DNA of 64,000 bases from Puniceicoccaceae bacterium (lineage in GTDB: Bacteria > Verrucomicrobiota > Verrucomicrobiia > Opitutales > Oceanipulchritudinaceae), in assembly GCA_040830765.1 (NCBI GenBank), contig JBFOMH010000013.1, forward strand, positions 146,373 to 210,372, written 5' to 3'. A model generated the notes under the pieces. That model was given only the letters and a program-made list of their open reading frames with translations, ran no database searches and was not told the DNA's origin. Both the position numbers and the translations under genes were made by a program. Shown one piece after another: positions 38,693 to 47,307 of this stretch; position 1 is the first letter of the stretch, and the number at the start of each line of letters is the position of its first letter.

Positions 38693-41686
38693 ATGGCACA
38701 AGGTCAATCCCACCCGCTACCTTTTAATCCGGAGACCCTTCCAAGGGAAACCCTTCGTCACTATATCTCGGCCACGGATGAGGAAATTCAGGCCATGATG
38801 CAGACCGTGGACATTAACCAATTGGAAGATCTCTATGCCCACATTCCGGAGGATTCGCGCTTTTCTTCCCCGCCTGAACTGCCGGCTGAATTGTCTTACG
38901 AAGCCTTGCAGGAAAGGCTCATCAAGCTCTCGGAAGAAAACTGCATTCGCGAATCCTACATCGGGGATGGATTGCCTCATTATAATGTCATGCCAGTGGT
39001 TGGACCCGTCTGCGATATTCGCAACCTGACGACTGCCTACACCCCCTACCAGCCGGAACGGTCACAGGGGACCCTCATGACGCATTGGATTTACCAGTGC
39101 ATGATGAGCAGCCTGACCGGTTTTGAGGCCATCAACAGTTCCCTCTATGACCGGTCTACCGCCATTTTCGAGGCCATGGGTACAGCCGTCCGCCTCCAAA
39201 GGAAAGGGGATACGATTCTCATTTCAGAAGGCATCTATCCGGGTGACAGGGAAGTCGTGGAAACCCTTCTACCGGGAACCGGCATCAGCGTGGAGTGGAT
39301 ACCCCTGGACCATGCCACGGGCAAGACCCATATCGAGGCCGCCAGGGAAGCCCTGAACCGGCTGGGCGAAGCTGCTGCAGGATTCATATTTCCGCACATC
39401 AACTCCCTTGGTTTGCTTGAGGATGTGGATGCCCTGGCAGACCTGACCCTGGACAGCAAGGCATTCAGCGTGGCCATTATCGACCCCATTCTGCTCGGCA
39501 CAGGTGGCCTGAAGCCACCGACTGAATTCGGGCAAAAAGGGGTAGACATGATTGTCGGGGAGGCCCATCACCTGGCCATCGGGCCCAATTTCGGCGGCCC
39601 GGGTCTCGGCCTCTTCGGGGTGCGCTACAACGACTCCAACAAAAACGCTATCCGCCAAACGCCAGGCCGCTATGTCGGCAAGGCCCGTGATGTCAATGGC
39701 CGCAGCTGCCTGGTCATGGTTCTCAGCACACGGGAGCAGCATATCCGCAAGGACAAGGCCACTTCCAATATTTGTTCCAATCAGGCTTTCCTGGCCACTA
39801 TTGCTGGCGCCGCCATCCTTGACCGGGGAGAAAGCGGCATGCAGGAGGCCTTTTCCCTGGGCCGCAGCCAAGCGCTGGAAGCAGCCTCACGGTTAACCGC
39901 TCTCTCCGGCGTGCACTTGGCTTTTCCAGAGAACCCCTTCGTTAATGAATTCGTCCTCGAGCTGGATCGAAACCCTGCCGACCTGATAGAGGAGGCCCGG
40001 CAGGCCGGGCTGCATCTCGGGGTGGACATTTCCGATCGCGTACAAGGCGATAGGCGGCTGCTGAAGCTGTCCTTCAGTGACCGAAAAGTGGATATCGACC
40101 GCTTGGTGAATTTCTTCACTGGGGCTGGGTTCACTTCGGACCTGGAATCAGGATCCATTCCGGAAATCCCGGCAACGGCCCTTCGCTCAGATTCAGCAGG
40201 TCTGCCGGAATTGACCTCGGAGGAGGTCATCGATTACTACCGCAGGCTCGGTGAGCTCAATGTCAGTCCGGACGATGCCTGCTATCCACTTGGTTCCTGT
40301 ACGATGAAGTATAATCCCTTCATCAATGACTGGGCCGCATCCCTGCCCGGTTTCACGGACTTGCACCCACAGGCACCACTAGCCGACGCTCAGGGTGCCC
40401 TCCATTTGCTGCATGAAATCCAGGAATGGTTCAAGGCCATCACGGGATTGGCCGGAATTACCACCCAACCGGTGGCAGGCGCCCAGGGGGAACTGGTCGG
40501 GATAAAGCTGTTCCAGGCCTATCACGAGGACCGCGGGGAGGGCCACCGCGATGTCATCCTGATTCCAGCTTCCGCCCATGGAACAAACTTTGCCACGGCC
40601 GTAATGGCGGGTTACCGGACCAAGAAGGTGGATGGCCGCCAAGCGGGTATTGTTCTCCTCGAGAGTGCTCCGGACGGCAGTATCGACATGGATGACCTCC
40701 GGGCCAAGGTCGATCAGAACCGGGACCACCTTGCCGGCATCATGATCACGAATCCCAACACTTGCGGGGTATTTGAAACCTGTTTTCGTGAAATTTCCGA
40801 TCTTGTCCACGAGGCGGGAGGCCTTGTTTACATGGATGGGGCCAATATGAATGCCATTGCTGGCTGGTGCGATCTCGGGGCCATGGGGGTTGATGCGGTT
40901 CATAACAATCTTCACAAAACCTGGACCATTCCGCATGGCGGAGGTGGCCCGGGAGATGCCATCGTCGGGGTCAGCGAGCGACTCGTCCCTTTCCTGCCCG
41001 GTTACCAGATAGAAAAGGACGGCGGATCTTATGTCCCGGTCCGGCCGCCGAAAAGTATCGGCAGCTTCCACCGCCATTGGGGGAATTTCGCCCACAAGGT
41101 CCGTGCCTTCAGCTACTTGCTGCGCCTCGGGAAAGCCGGAGTTCCCCGCATGACCGCGATGGCGGTCCTCAGCTCGCGCTATTGCTTCGAGAAATTGCGC
41201 AAAGCCTACCCGACGCTGCCCGCCGGCGCCACGGATACACCACGCATGCACGAGTTCATCCTGACCCTGTCAGAAGAGGATTTCCAGCGCATCGAGGCCT
41301 CGGGCACGCCTCGCGCACTGGCAATCACGCGGGTTGGAAAGCTCTTCCTTGATTTTGGATTCCACGCCCCAACCGTGGCTTGGCCAGAAACTTTCGGCCT
41401 CATGATAGAGCCAACGGAAAGTTATTCCATGGCAGAGCTGGACCGCTTCTGTGAGGCAGTCATCGCCATTTCCGAGATTGTCCGGGAGCATCCTGAAGTT
41501 CTCCAGAAAGTACCTCTCTTCACCCCGGTTGACCGCGTCGATGAGGTGGAAGCCAACCGCAACCTTTCGCTCAGCGAGGAAATTGAATCCCTTCCCGGTG
41601 TACTCCAGAACCGCCTTTCACCCACCGAGATCGCCCGCCTGCCGATTGAGGAAGTGAAGGCGCGAATCCTCGCCGCTGCCCAATAG
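38693..41686 (+). CDS. gcvP: Glycine dehydrogenase (decarboxylating), P protein, single chain
   Basis: TAYTPYQPERSQG, REQHIRKDKATSNIC, PLGSCTMKYN, YMDGAN, NLHKTW.IPHGGGGPG (PLP Lys). Confidence 0.95.
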   Translation: MAQGQSHPLPFNPETLPRETLRHYISATDEEIQAMMQTVDINQLEDLYAHIPEDSRFSSPPELPAELSYEALQERLIKLSEENCIRESYIGDGLPHYNVMPVVGPVCDIRNLTTAYTPYQPERSQGTLMTHWIYQCMMSSLTGFEAINSSLYDRSTAIFEAMGTAVRLQRKGDTILISEGIYPGDREVVETLLPGTGISVEWIPLDHATGKTHIEAAREALNRLGEAAAGFIFPHINSLGLLEDVDALADLTLDSKAFSVAIIDPILLGTGGLKPPTEFGQKGVDMIVGEAHHLAIGPNFGGPGLGLFGVRYNDSNKNAIRQTPGRYVGKARDVNGRSCLVMVLSTREQHIRKDKATSNICSNQAFLATIAGAAILDRGESGMQEAFSLGRSQALEAASRLTALSGVHLAFPENPFVNEFVLELDRNPADLIEEARQAGLHLGVDISDRVQGDRRLLKLSFSDRKVDIDRLVNFFTGAGFTSDLESGSIPEIPATALRSDSAGLPELTSEEVIDYYRRLGELNVSPDDACYPLGSCTMKYNPFINDWAASLPGFTDLHPQAPLADAQGALHLLHEIQEWFKAITGLAGITTQPVAGAQGELVGIKLFQAYHEDRGEGHRDVILIPASAHGTNFATAVMAGYRTKKVDGRQAGIVLLESAPDGSIDMDDLRAKVDQNRDHLAGIMITNPNTCGVFETCFREISDLVHEAGGLVYMDGANMNAIAGWCDLGAMGVDAVHNNLHKTWTIPHGGGGPGDAIVGVSERLVPFLPGYQIEKDGGSYVPVRPPKSIGSFHRHWGNFAHKVRAFSYLLRLGKAGVPRMTAMAVLSSRYCFEKLRKAYPTLPAGATDTPRMHEFILTLSEEDFQRIEASGTPRALAITRVGKLFLDFGFHAPTVAWPETFGLMIEPTESYSMAELDRFCEAVIAISEIVREHPEVLQKVPLFTPVDRVDEVEANRNLSLSEEIESLPGVLQNRLSPTEIARLPIEEVKARILAAAQ

Positions 41687-41699
41687 GTGCAATTCGGAT

Positions 41700-41729
41700 A
41701 AAAAAAGAGCACCCGAATTGGGTGCTCTT
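41700..41729. terminator. Bidirectional intrinsic terminator
   Basis: AAGAGCACCC-gaatt-GGGTGCTCTT perfect 10-bp stem with flanking A-tract, between convergent genes. Confidence 0.85.
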
Positions 41730-41758
41730 GAAATTGGGAAGTGACGTGTAGTCAGGAA

Positions 41759-42577
41759 TTAACCCGGGTCACTGGCGGTCTCGACGTCGTACCAAGGTAC
41801 ATCGAGAGCGTTTTCAACCTCAGGGGTTTCCTCGTCTTCGTCATCGTCATCGTCAGCAGGCTCATCGTCGCCGCTTGGGGCATCGTCTCCAGTGTCGAGG
41901 GAGCCCATGTAGGCAGCACCGGCCTGCATTTCGCCAGCTGTTTCGTCACCAATGAGGGCCATGGCGGCACCGCCGAGGGCCACGGCAAAGATATCGCCAT
42001 CAGCGTCATAAACGCCACGGACAATCATTTCCTCGCCTGCCGGGATGCTCATGGTCACACCAGGCTCAACAATCGAAGCAGTCAGATTGCTGATATCGAG
42101 TTGGTTGTCGCCGGTGAAGGTAACGTTTCCGTCAAGGTTGCGGACTTGGAGCGTCCAGCCTTCGTTGGACTCGCTGAGCAAAACGCCGTAAACGCCATTG
42201 GAAATATCGGCAGTACCGACAACATTGGCCACGGAGATACTGCAGCCGCTGGAGGTGTCGCCGAGCAGCTCGCCCTTGGTGAGGCTGAGAACGGCTTGAC
42301 CTTCTGAAATACTGGCCACGGTCAATTCAGACCCGGGGTAAACAGTCACCAGCGAACCGTCACAAACACTGAGAACGATGGTGGAGTTGTTGCTCTTGAC
42401 CACATCACCGGAGGAAAGGGAATCTCCGGCATTCAAGGCCATTGAGGATCCGCCACGAACGACGATCCCGCCATCCGGATCTTCGGCGACAACAATCGCA
42501 CCTTGGGCTGATAAGATTACAGGCGCAGCAAGAGCTGAGATAAGTGACAAAACGACAGATATTTTGAGTGATTTCAT
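41759..42577 (-). CDS. Exported FecR-like beta-rich protein with acidic tail
   Basis: Signal peptide; LNAGDSLSSGDVVKS..DGSLVTVYPGSEL..LTKGEL pattern; D/E-rich C-terminus. Confidence 0.65.
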   Translation of the reverse strand: MKSLKISVVLSLISALAAPVILSAQGAIVVAEDPDGGIVVRGGSSMALNAGDSLSSGDVVKSNNSTIVLSVCDGSLVTVYPGSELTVASISEGQAVLSLTKGELLGDTSSGCSISVANVVGTADISNGVYGVLLSESNEGWTLQVRNLDGNVTFTGDNQLDISNLTASIVEPGVTMSIPAGEEMIVRGVYDADGDIFAVALGGAAMALIGDETAGEMQAGAAYMGSLDTGDDAPSGDDEPADDDDDEDEETPEVENALDVPWYDVETASDPG

Positions 42578-42670
42578 GATTGGGAAGAGATTTTAAACTT
42601 TCTAGTCCACTTTTGGAATTATAGAAGCTAAGTATGCTCAGGATTCTTGACAAGCATTAAGCTGAAGAAG

Positions 42671-43432
42671 ATGGGTGACAAAGTGAAAGCAGAAAAAAGC
42701 CTGAGAATCCAGAAAATCATCGCCGATCGGGGTTTGGCCTCGCGCCGCGAAGCCGAATCCTGGATTGAGGAGGGCCGGGTCACGGTCAATGGAGAGGTCG
42801 CCACGCTCGGGGACAAGAGTGTCCCGGGAGTCGATGAAATTACCATTGATGGCCGCCCCCTGCCCCGGGAAGCCCCGGCCAAGCTGGTCATTGCCATGAA
42901 CAAGCCGAAAGGTTTTGTCTGCACCAACGACGATCCGCATGCCACAAAGACGGTTTTCGACCTCCTGCCCGCAGAAATAAAGGCCTTGCGGCTCTTCTGC
43001 GTCGGGAGATTGGACAAGGAAAGCGAGGGATTGCTGATACTGACCAACGATGGCAACCTGCAGCAACAGCTGGCTCATCCATCCTACAACGTGCAAAAAA
43101 AATACCACGTCGAGCTCAACAAGCCCCTGCGGGAAGCAGACGTGAGGAAATTAATTCGCGGTATCACCTGGGAAGGAGAACGGCTCTCAATCGACAAAGT
43201 CATCCCTCTGAAAAGCCGCTCCGGGGATAACTGGAAGTCCCTCGAAGTGGTCCTCGGACATGGGAGAAAACGGGAAATTCGCCGACTTTTTTACGCTTTT
43301 GGCTATGATGTGAAGCGGTTGCGGCGTGTTCAAATTGGACAATTTCGCCTCAAGGGCCTCCCCAGGGGCCACATTCGGACCTTGGGCAAGAGCGAAATCA
43401 AGACCCTTTTCCAGGTGGCTGAGCGTCGCTGA
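42671..43432 (+). CDS. RsuA/RluB-family rRNA pseudouridine synthase
   Basis: S4 domain SRREAE, NKPKG, GRLDKESEGL, GRKREIRR. Confidence 0.93.
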   Translation: MGDKVKAEKSLRIQKIIADRGLASRREAESWIEEGRVTVNGEVATLGDKSVPGVDEITIDGRPLPREAPAKLVIAMNKPKGFVCTNDDPHATKTVFDLLPAEIKALRLFCVGRLDKESEGLLILTNDGNLQQQLAHPSYNVQKKYHVELNKPLREADVRKLIRGITWEGERLSIDKVIPLKSRSGDNWKSLEVVLGHGRKREIRRLFYAFGYDVKRLRRVQIGQFRLKGLPRGHIRTLGKSEIKTLFQVAERR

Positions 43433-43540
43433 GTGGAACTTCCCGGCAAGATCAGCAAAAAAGGCCGCAGGATAATGCCCTCGCGGCAATTATTCGATTG
43501 AGCCAAGGCGCGGGGATCGCCAAACTCGGCACTCAATACA

Positions 43541-44365
43541 ATGAAAGATCATAGGATGCGCCGTCTCTTGTTAATGCTGCCTGTTGTGCTCGGGAACGTG
43601 CTCACCGGCCAGGCAGCCGATATTGAGCTCCACCTGGCAGCGGACAGCCAGTCAAGGCAACTGGAGTCCATCAGCCTGGATGATCCAAGACTGGGACAAC
43701 CCACACCCGTCATGGATGAGGCCAAGGCCGCCCTTGGCTGGCACTTTGCTGATTTCAGTGGGACGGTCGAGGGTTACGTCCAGGACGCCAAAATCGGCAA
43801 AGACCTCCTGCCGGTTGATAATACCTTGATTCATGCCAGTCCGAGCTCGGACAGCCGGGTGCTCTCGGTCTACCGGTTTGGTGACGACCTTGAAGTGGTG
43901 GACACCGGCGTGTGGTGGAAAATTCGCTTTACGGGCACATTTCCGGTTTATTTTGTCCTCGACACACCTCCCCCGCTGCCGGCGGTGACGGGCACCGCCG
44001 ACGTTGTGGCTGCACCAGCACCTGTCATTGAGACTGCCCCGGTTGCGGCGGCACAAGCACCCGCGATCGTTTCGACAGTTCCGCTTCCCAGTGACGAGAT
44101 GGAGGCTCCTCGCCCAGGGGCAATTGGACAGCGGTACGACGGGATTTTCCGGCGCTCAAAGAAACGTTTTGGTCTCCTCAAGCCAAGATCGCCCTATTTT
44201 CTGGAAGATGCCAGTGGTGACCGGATTGCCTGGTTGGATGTCTCAGAAATCGTCCTGCCCGGGCCCATCAATGCATTTCTTGATGAGCCAGTTGTCATCC
44301 ATGGGGAGCGTTCCCGGATCAAGTCCGACTGGATGATTCATGCCCGCAACATGCGCCTGAAGTAA
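43541..44365 (+). CDS. Exported hypothetical protein (SH3-like region, Pro/Ala linker)
   Basis: Signal peptide; IHASPSSDSRVL..LEVVDTGVWWKI; co-oriented with its neighbours. Confidence 0.65.
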   Translation: MKDHRMRRLLLMLPVVLGNVLTGQAADIELHLAADSQSRQLESISLDDPRLGQPTPVMDEAKAALGWHFADFSGTVEGYVQDAKIGKDLLPVDNTLIHASPSSDSRVLSVYRFGDDLEVVDTGVWWKIRFTGTFPVYFVLDTPPPLPAVTGTADVVAAPAPVIETAPVAAAQAPAIVSTVPLPSDEMEAPRPGAIGQRYDGIFRRSKKRFGLLKPRSPYFLEDASGDRIAWLDVSEIVLPGPINAFLDEPVVIHGERSRIKSDWMIHARNMRLK

Positions 44366-44380
44366 AGTTTCCCTCCCACT

Positions 44381-45262
44381 ATGGAACTGCTAGACGGTAA
44401 GAAACTTTCCCAGGAAATCCTTGGGGAATTGAAGGAACAACTGGCGAAGATAGACGGTCCCCGGCCCTGCGTAACCTTTATCCGGGTGGGTGAGGATCCG
44501 GCATCGGTCTATTACGTCAACTCGAAGCAGAAAAAGGCTGCCCTGGTCGGCATCGAGAGTCGCCTCAAGACCTTCCCGGAATCCATCTCCCAGGAGGAAC
44601 TCCTGCAGGAAATCCAGGCCTTGAACGCAGACTCATCGGTTCACGGAATCCTTGTCCAGGCGCCCCTTCCTTCCCACATGGACGAGAAGACGGTCTTCAA
44701 CACCGTCGCCGCGGAAAAGGACGTGGACGGATTTTCGACGGTCAACCTCGGTCGCCTGGTACAGGAGGATCCGGATGCCTTCGTTGCCTGCACCCCGGCG
44801 GGAATTGGAGAAATGGTGAGGCGCTATGGTATTGAGACTGAAGGCAAACACGTCGTTGTCCTAGGCCGCTCCCTTATCGTCGGCAAGCCGGCCGCCCTCC
44901 TATTCATGCGCAAGGCACCGTTTGCCAATGCCACCGTGACTGTCTGCCATTCCCGCACCAGCAATCTCGCAGAAATCACCCGTCAGGCGGATATCCTTAT
45001 TGCGGCTATCGGGCGGGCTGAGTTTGTTACTGAGGACATGGTCAAGCCGGGGGCAGTGGTCATTGATGTGGGCATCAACCGGGTGGATGATCCCGACTCA
45101 TCCAAAGGCTACCGGATTGCCGGGGATGTTGCCTTCAAGACGGTTTCCCCGAAATGCGCAGCCATTTCACCTGTGCCCGGCGGGGTTGGCCTGATGACCG
45201 TGGCCTTGCTGATGAAAAACACTGTCAAGGCCTGGGAGATGGCCCGCAACACAACCGATTGA
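44381..45262 (+). CDS. folD: Methylenetetrahydrofolate dehydrogenase/cyclohydrolase
   Basis: HGILVQAPLP, KDVDGF, CTPAG, GRSLIVGKP, VIDVGINR, PVPGGVG. Confidence 0.97.
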   Translation: MELLDGKKLSQEILGELKEQLAKIDGPRPCVTFIRVGEDPASVYYVNSKQKKAALVGIESRLKTFPESISQEELLQEIQALNADSSVHGILVQAPLPSHMDEKTVFNTVAAEKDVDGFSTVNLGRLVQEDPDAFVACTPAGIGEMVRRYGIETEGKHVVVLGRSLIVGKPAALLFMRKAPFANATVTVCHSRTSNLAEITRQADILIAAIGRAEFVTEDMVKPGAVVIDVGINRVDDPDSSKGYRIAGDVAFKTVSPKCAAISPVPGGVGLMTVALLMKNTVKAWEMARNTTD

Positions 45263-45267
45263 AGACA

Positions 45268-46407
45268 ATGGCCCAACCGAAAATCCTCGTTATCGATGAC
45301 CAGTTGCTGAATATCCGGTTGCTGGAGCACAAGCTGGAGCGGAGTGACATGACGGTCATCAGCTCCACCAACGGAACAGAAGGCATCCGGTTGGCCAAGG
45401 AAGAAGCGCCCGATGTCATCCTGCTGGACATCATGATGCCCGGAATGAGCGGCATCGAAGTATGCAAGGTGCTCAAGGAGGACGAGGTAACCCGCGAGAT
45501 TCCGGTTATTTTCATTACCGCCCGCACTTCCAAGGAAGACAAACTGGAAGGATTTGATGTCGGGGCGGCTGACTATCTCATCAAGCCGTTCGAGCTGGAC
45601 GAGACCCTGGCCCGGATCAAGACGCAGTTGCGCATCATCAGGGAACACAAGGACAACATCCGCCTGACGCGGCAACTGGAGCAATCCCGCCGCCAGTCAT
45701 CGATCATGCACCTGACGGAAGGCATTGCCCATAACCTCAATAATCTCCTCGGGGTCATGGTCGGTTACCTTAGTCTGATGAAGCGCAATGCCGAGAATCC
45801 GGAAAAAATCCGCGGCAACGCTGACAAGATGGACTCCGCCATCAAGCGCATGACGCGGATTGTCCAGCAACTGACGGTTATCGGCCATTTCCACTCCCTG
45901 AAAAAGACCCAGGTTCCCCTCAAGAAAGTGCTCACGGGCGCGGTTGCCCGGTTCCACCGCATCGCCGCCACTGACTGCCCGGTAGACATCAGAGACAGCA
46001 CTGAGGAAGGATTTGAATTCCCGACAAACAGGGAGATTCTCGAAGTTTGCCTGGAACGGCTGTTGCAGAATGCATACGAGAGCTATGAGGACATGGACGG
46101 CCGCAAGCCGGATGACGATCGGTCGGTCGTCCTGGAAATCAAGCTTTCCGAACAGGATGGCGTCGACTGCATCGAGCTTTGGGTCCTTGACGAAGGCAAG
46201 GGCATCGATCCGGAAATCAAGGACGGGATATTCGAGCCCTTTGTCACCTCCTCCTCGGTTATTGGCCGTGGAATGGGCCTGACCATCGCCCGTCATAGCG
46301 CCCAGTGCCTGGGGGGCACCATCGAGGTCATGGACCGGGACGAGGGTGGCGTGGCCGCTGTGGTGACCTTGCCACTGCACGAGGAAAGCGAACCGGAAGA
46401 GGCATGA
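45268..46407 (+). CDS. Hybrid receiver + histidine kinase
   Basis: REC: ILVIDD, LLDIMMP, KPF. H-box IAHNLNN; LLQNA, DEGKGI, FEPF, GRGMGL. Start at 45268. Confidence 0.9.
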   Translation: MAQPKILVIDDQLLNIRLLEHKLERSDMTVISSTNGTEGIRLAKEEAPDVILLDIMMPGMSGIEVCKVLKEDEVTREIPVIFITARTSKEDKLEGFDVGAADYLIKPFELDETLARIKTQLRIIREHKDNIRLTRQLEQSRRQSSIMHLTEGIAHNLNNLLGVMVGYLSLMKRNAENPEKIRGNADKMDSAIKRMTRIVQQLTVIGHFHSLKKTQVPLKKVLTGAVARFHRIAATDCPVDIRDSTEEGFEFPTNREILEVCLERLLQNAYESYEDMDGRKPDDDRSVVLEIKLSEQDGVDCIELWVLDEGKGIDPEIKDGIFEPFVTSSSVIGRGMGLTIARHSAQCLGGTIEVMDRDEGGVAAVVTLPLHEESEPEEA

Positions 46408-47210
46408 GGGAGGGTCTGGCTTTCATCGGAGCCGGACGCATGGCGGGGGCCATGGTCCGGGGGATCATCAAGAGCGAGGTTTGGCCTGCTGGCCAGATCA
46501 GCTGCACGAGTGCCCCGGATGGGACCGCGGAAGCGCTGGCTGCCGACACCGGCATCCGCTTCACTTACGACTGGGCAGAACTGGTCCAGGGAGCTGGCTG
46601 GATCATTCTCGCCTGCAAACCTCAGCAAATCGGGCAAATGCCAGCCGAACTGGCCGAGCTCAGTGCCGGAAAGCGGGTCCTGTCGATCCTTGCCGGGACC
46701 ACGCTTTCGCGACTGGGGGAAGTTTTTCCAAAAGCCGCCAACATCATCCGCTGCATGCCCAACACGCCGGGCATGATCGGTGCCGGTATAACTGCTTACA
46801 GCCCGCAAAGCCCACTGGACGAAGCAGAAGAGCGTTCCGTCCGGGACATGCTTGGGGCCCTCGGGGAGACGCTCGCCCTGCCGGAGACTGCCCTCGACGC
46901 CGTGACCGGAGTCAGTGGCAGTGGACCTGCTTCTGTTTTCGAGTTCGTTGCTGCCCTCCGCGACGGTGGGGTCAGCTCCGGCTTGGATGAAGCGACCGCC
47001 TATAAACTGGCCCTCAAGACGGTCCAGGGAGCAGCAGCCCTTCTCGAGGCCGTCCCGGAAAAACCGGAAACCCACCGCGACTGGGTCTCATCCCCGGGTG
47101 GAACAACACTCGCGGGTCTGGCCGTCATGGAAAAGGCCGGCTTCCGTGGGATTATCAACGACACCGTCGCCGCCGCTACCCGTCGTTCGAAGGAACTCTC
47201 TGGTAACTGA
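46404..47210 (+). CDS. proC: Pyrroline-5-carboxylate reductase
   Basis: FIGAGRMA, ACKPQ, RCMPNTP, SGSGPA, SSPGGTT; ATGA overlap with the kinase gene. Confidence 0.96.
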   Translation: MREGLAFIGAGRMAGAMVRGIIKSEVWPAGQISCTSAPDGTAEALAADTGIRFTYDWAELVQGAGWIILACKPQQIGQMPAELAELSAGKRVLSILAGTTLSRLGEVFPKAANIIRCMPNTPGMIGAGITAYSPQSPLDEAEERSVRDMLGALGETLALPETALDAVTGVSGSGPASVFEFVAALRDGGVSSGLDEATAYKLALKTVQGAAALLEAVPEKPETHRDWVSSPGGTTLAGLAVMEKAGFRGIINDTVAAATRRSKELSGN

Positions 47211-47211
47211 G

Positions 47212-47307
47212 CCGGCTAAAGCCGGTACTCCAACCCAGATTCCACTCGTTGCAGTCCTTCAACAAGGTGGCATTGTCGATACAGGTTGGAGTATCGCCTT
47301 CAGGCGG
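47212..47307. repeat. Inverted pair of REP-like palindromes (REPIN/BIME-like)
   Basis: 47212-47234 reverse complement GTTGGAGTACCGGCTTTAGCCGG and 47285-47307 GTTGGAGTATCGCCTTCAGGCGG. Confidence 0.7.

Noticed and set aside
41830..41885. (TCGTCA)n-like repeat
   Set aside because: It simply encodes the Asp/Glu-rich tail of the FecR-like protein.
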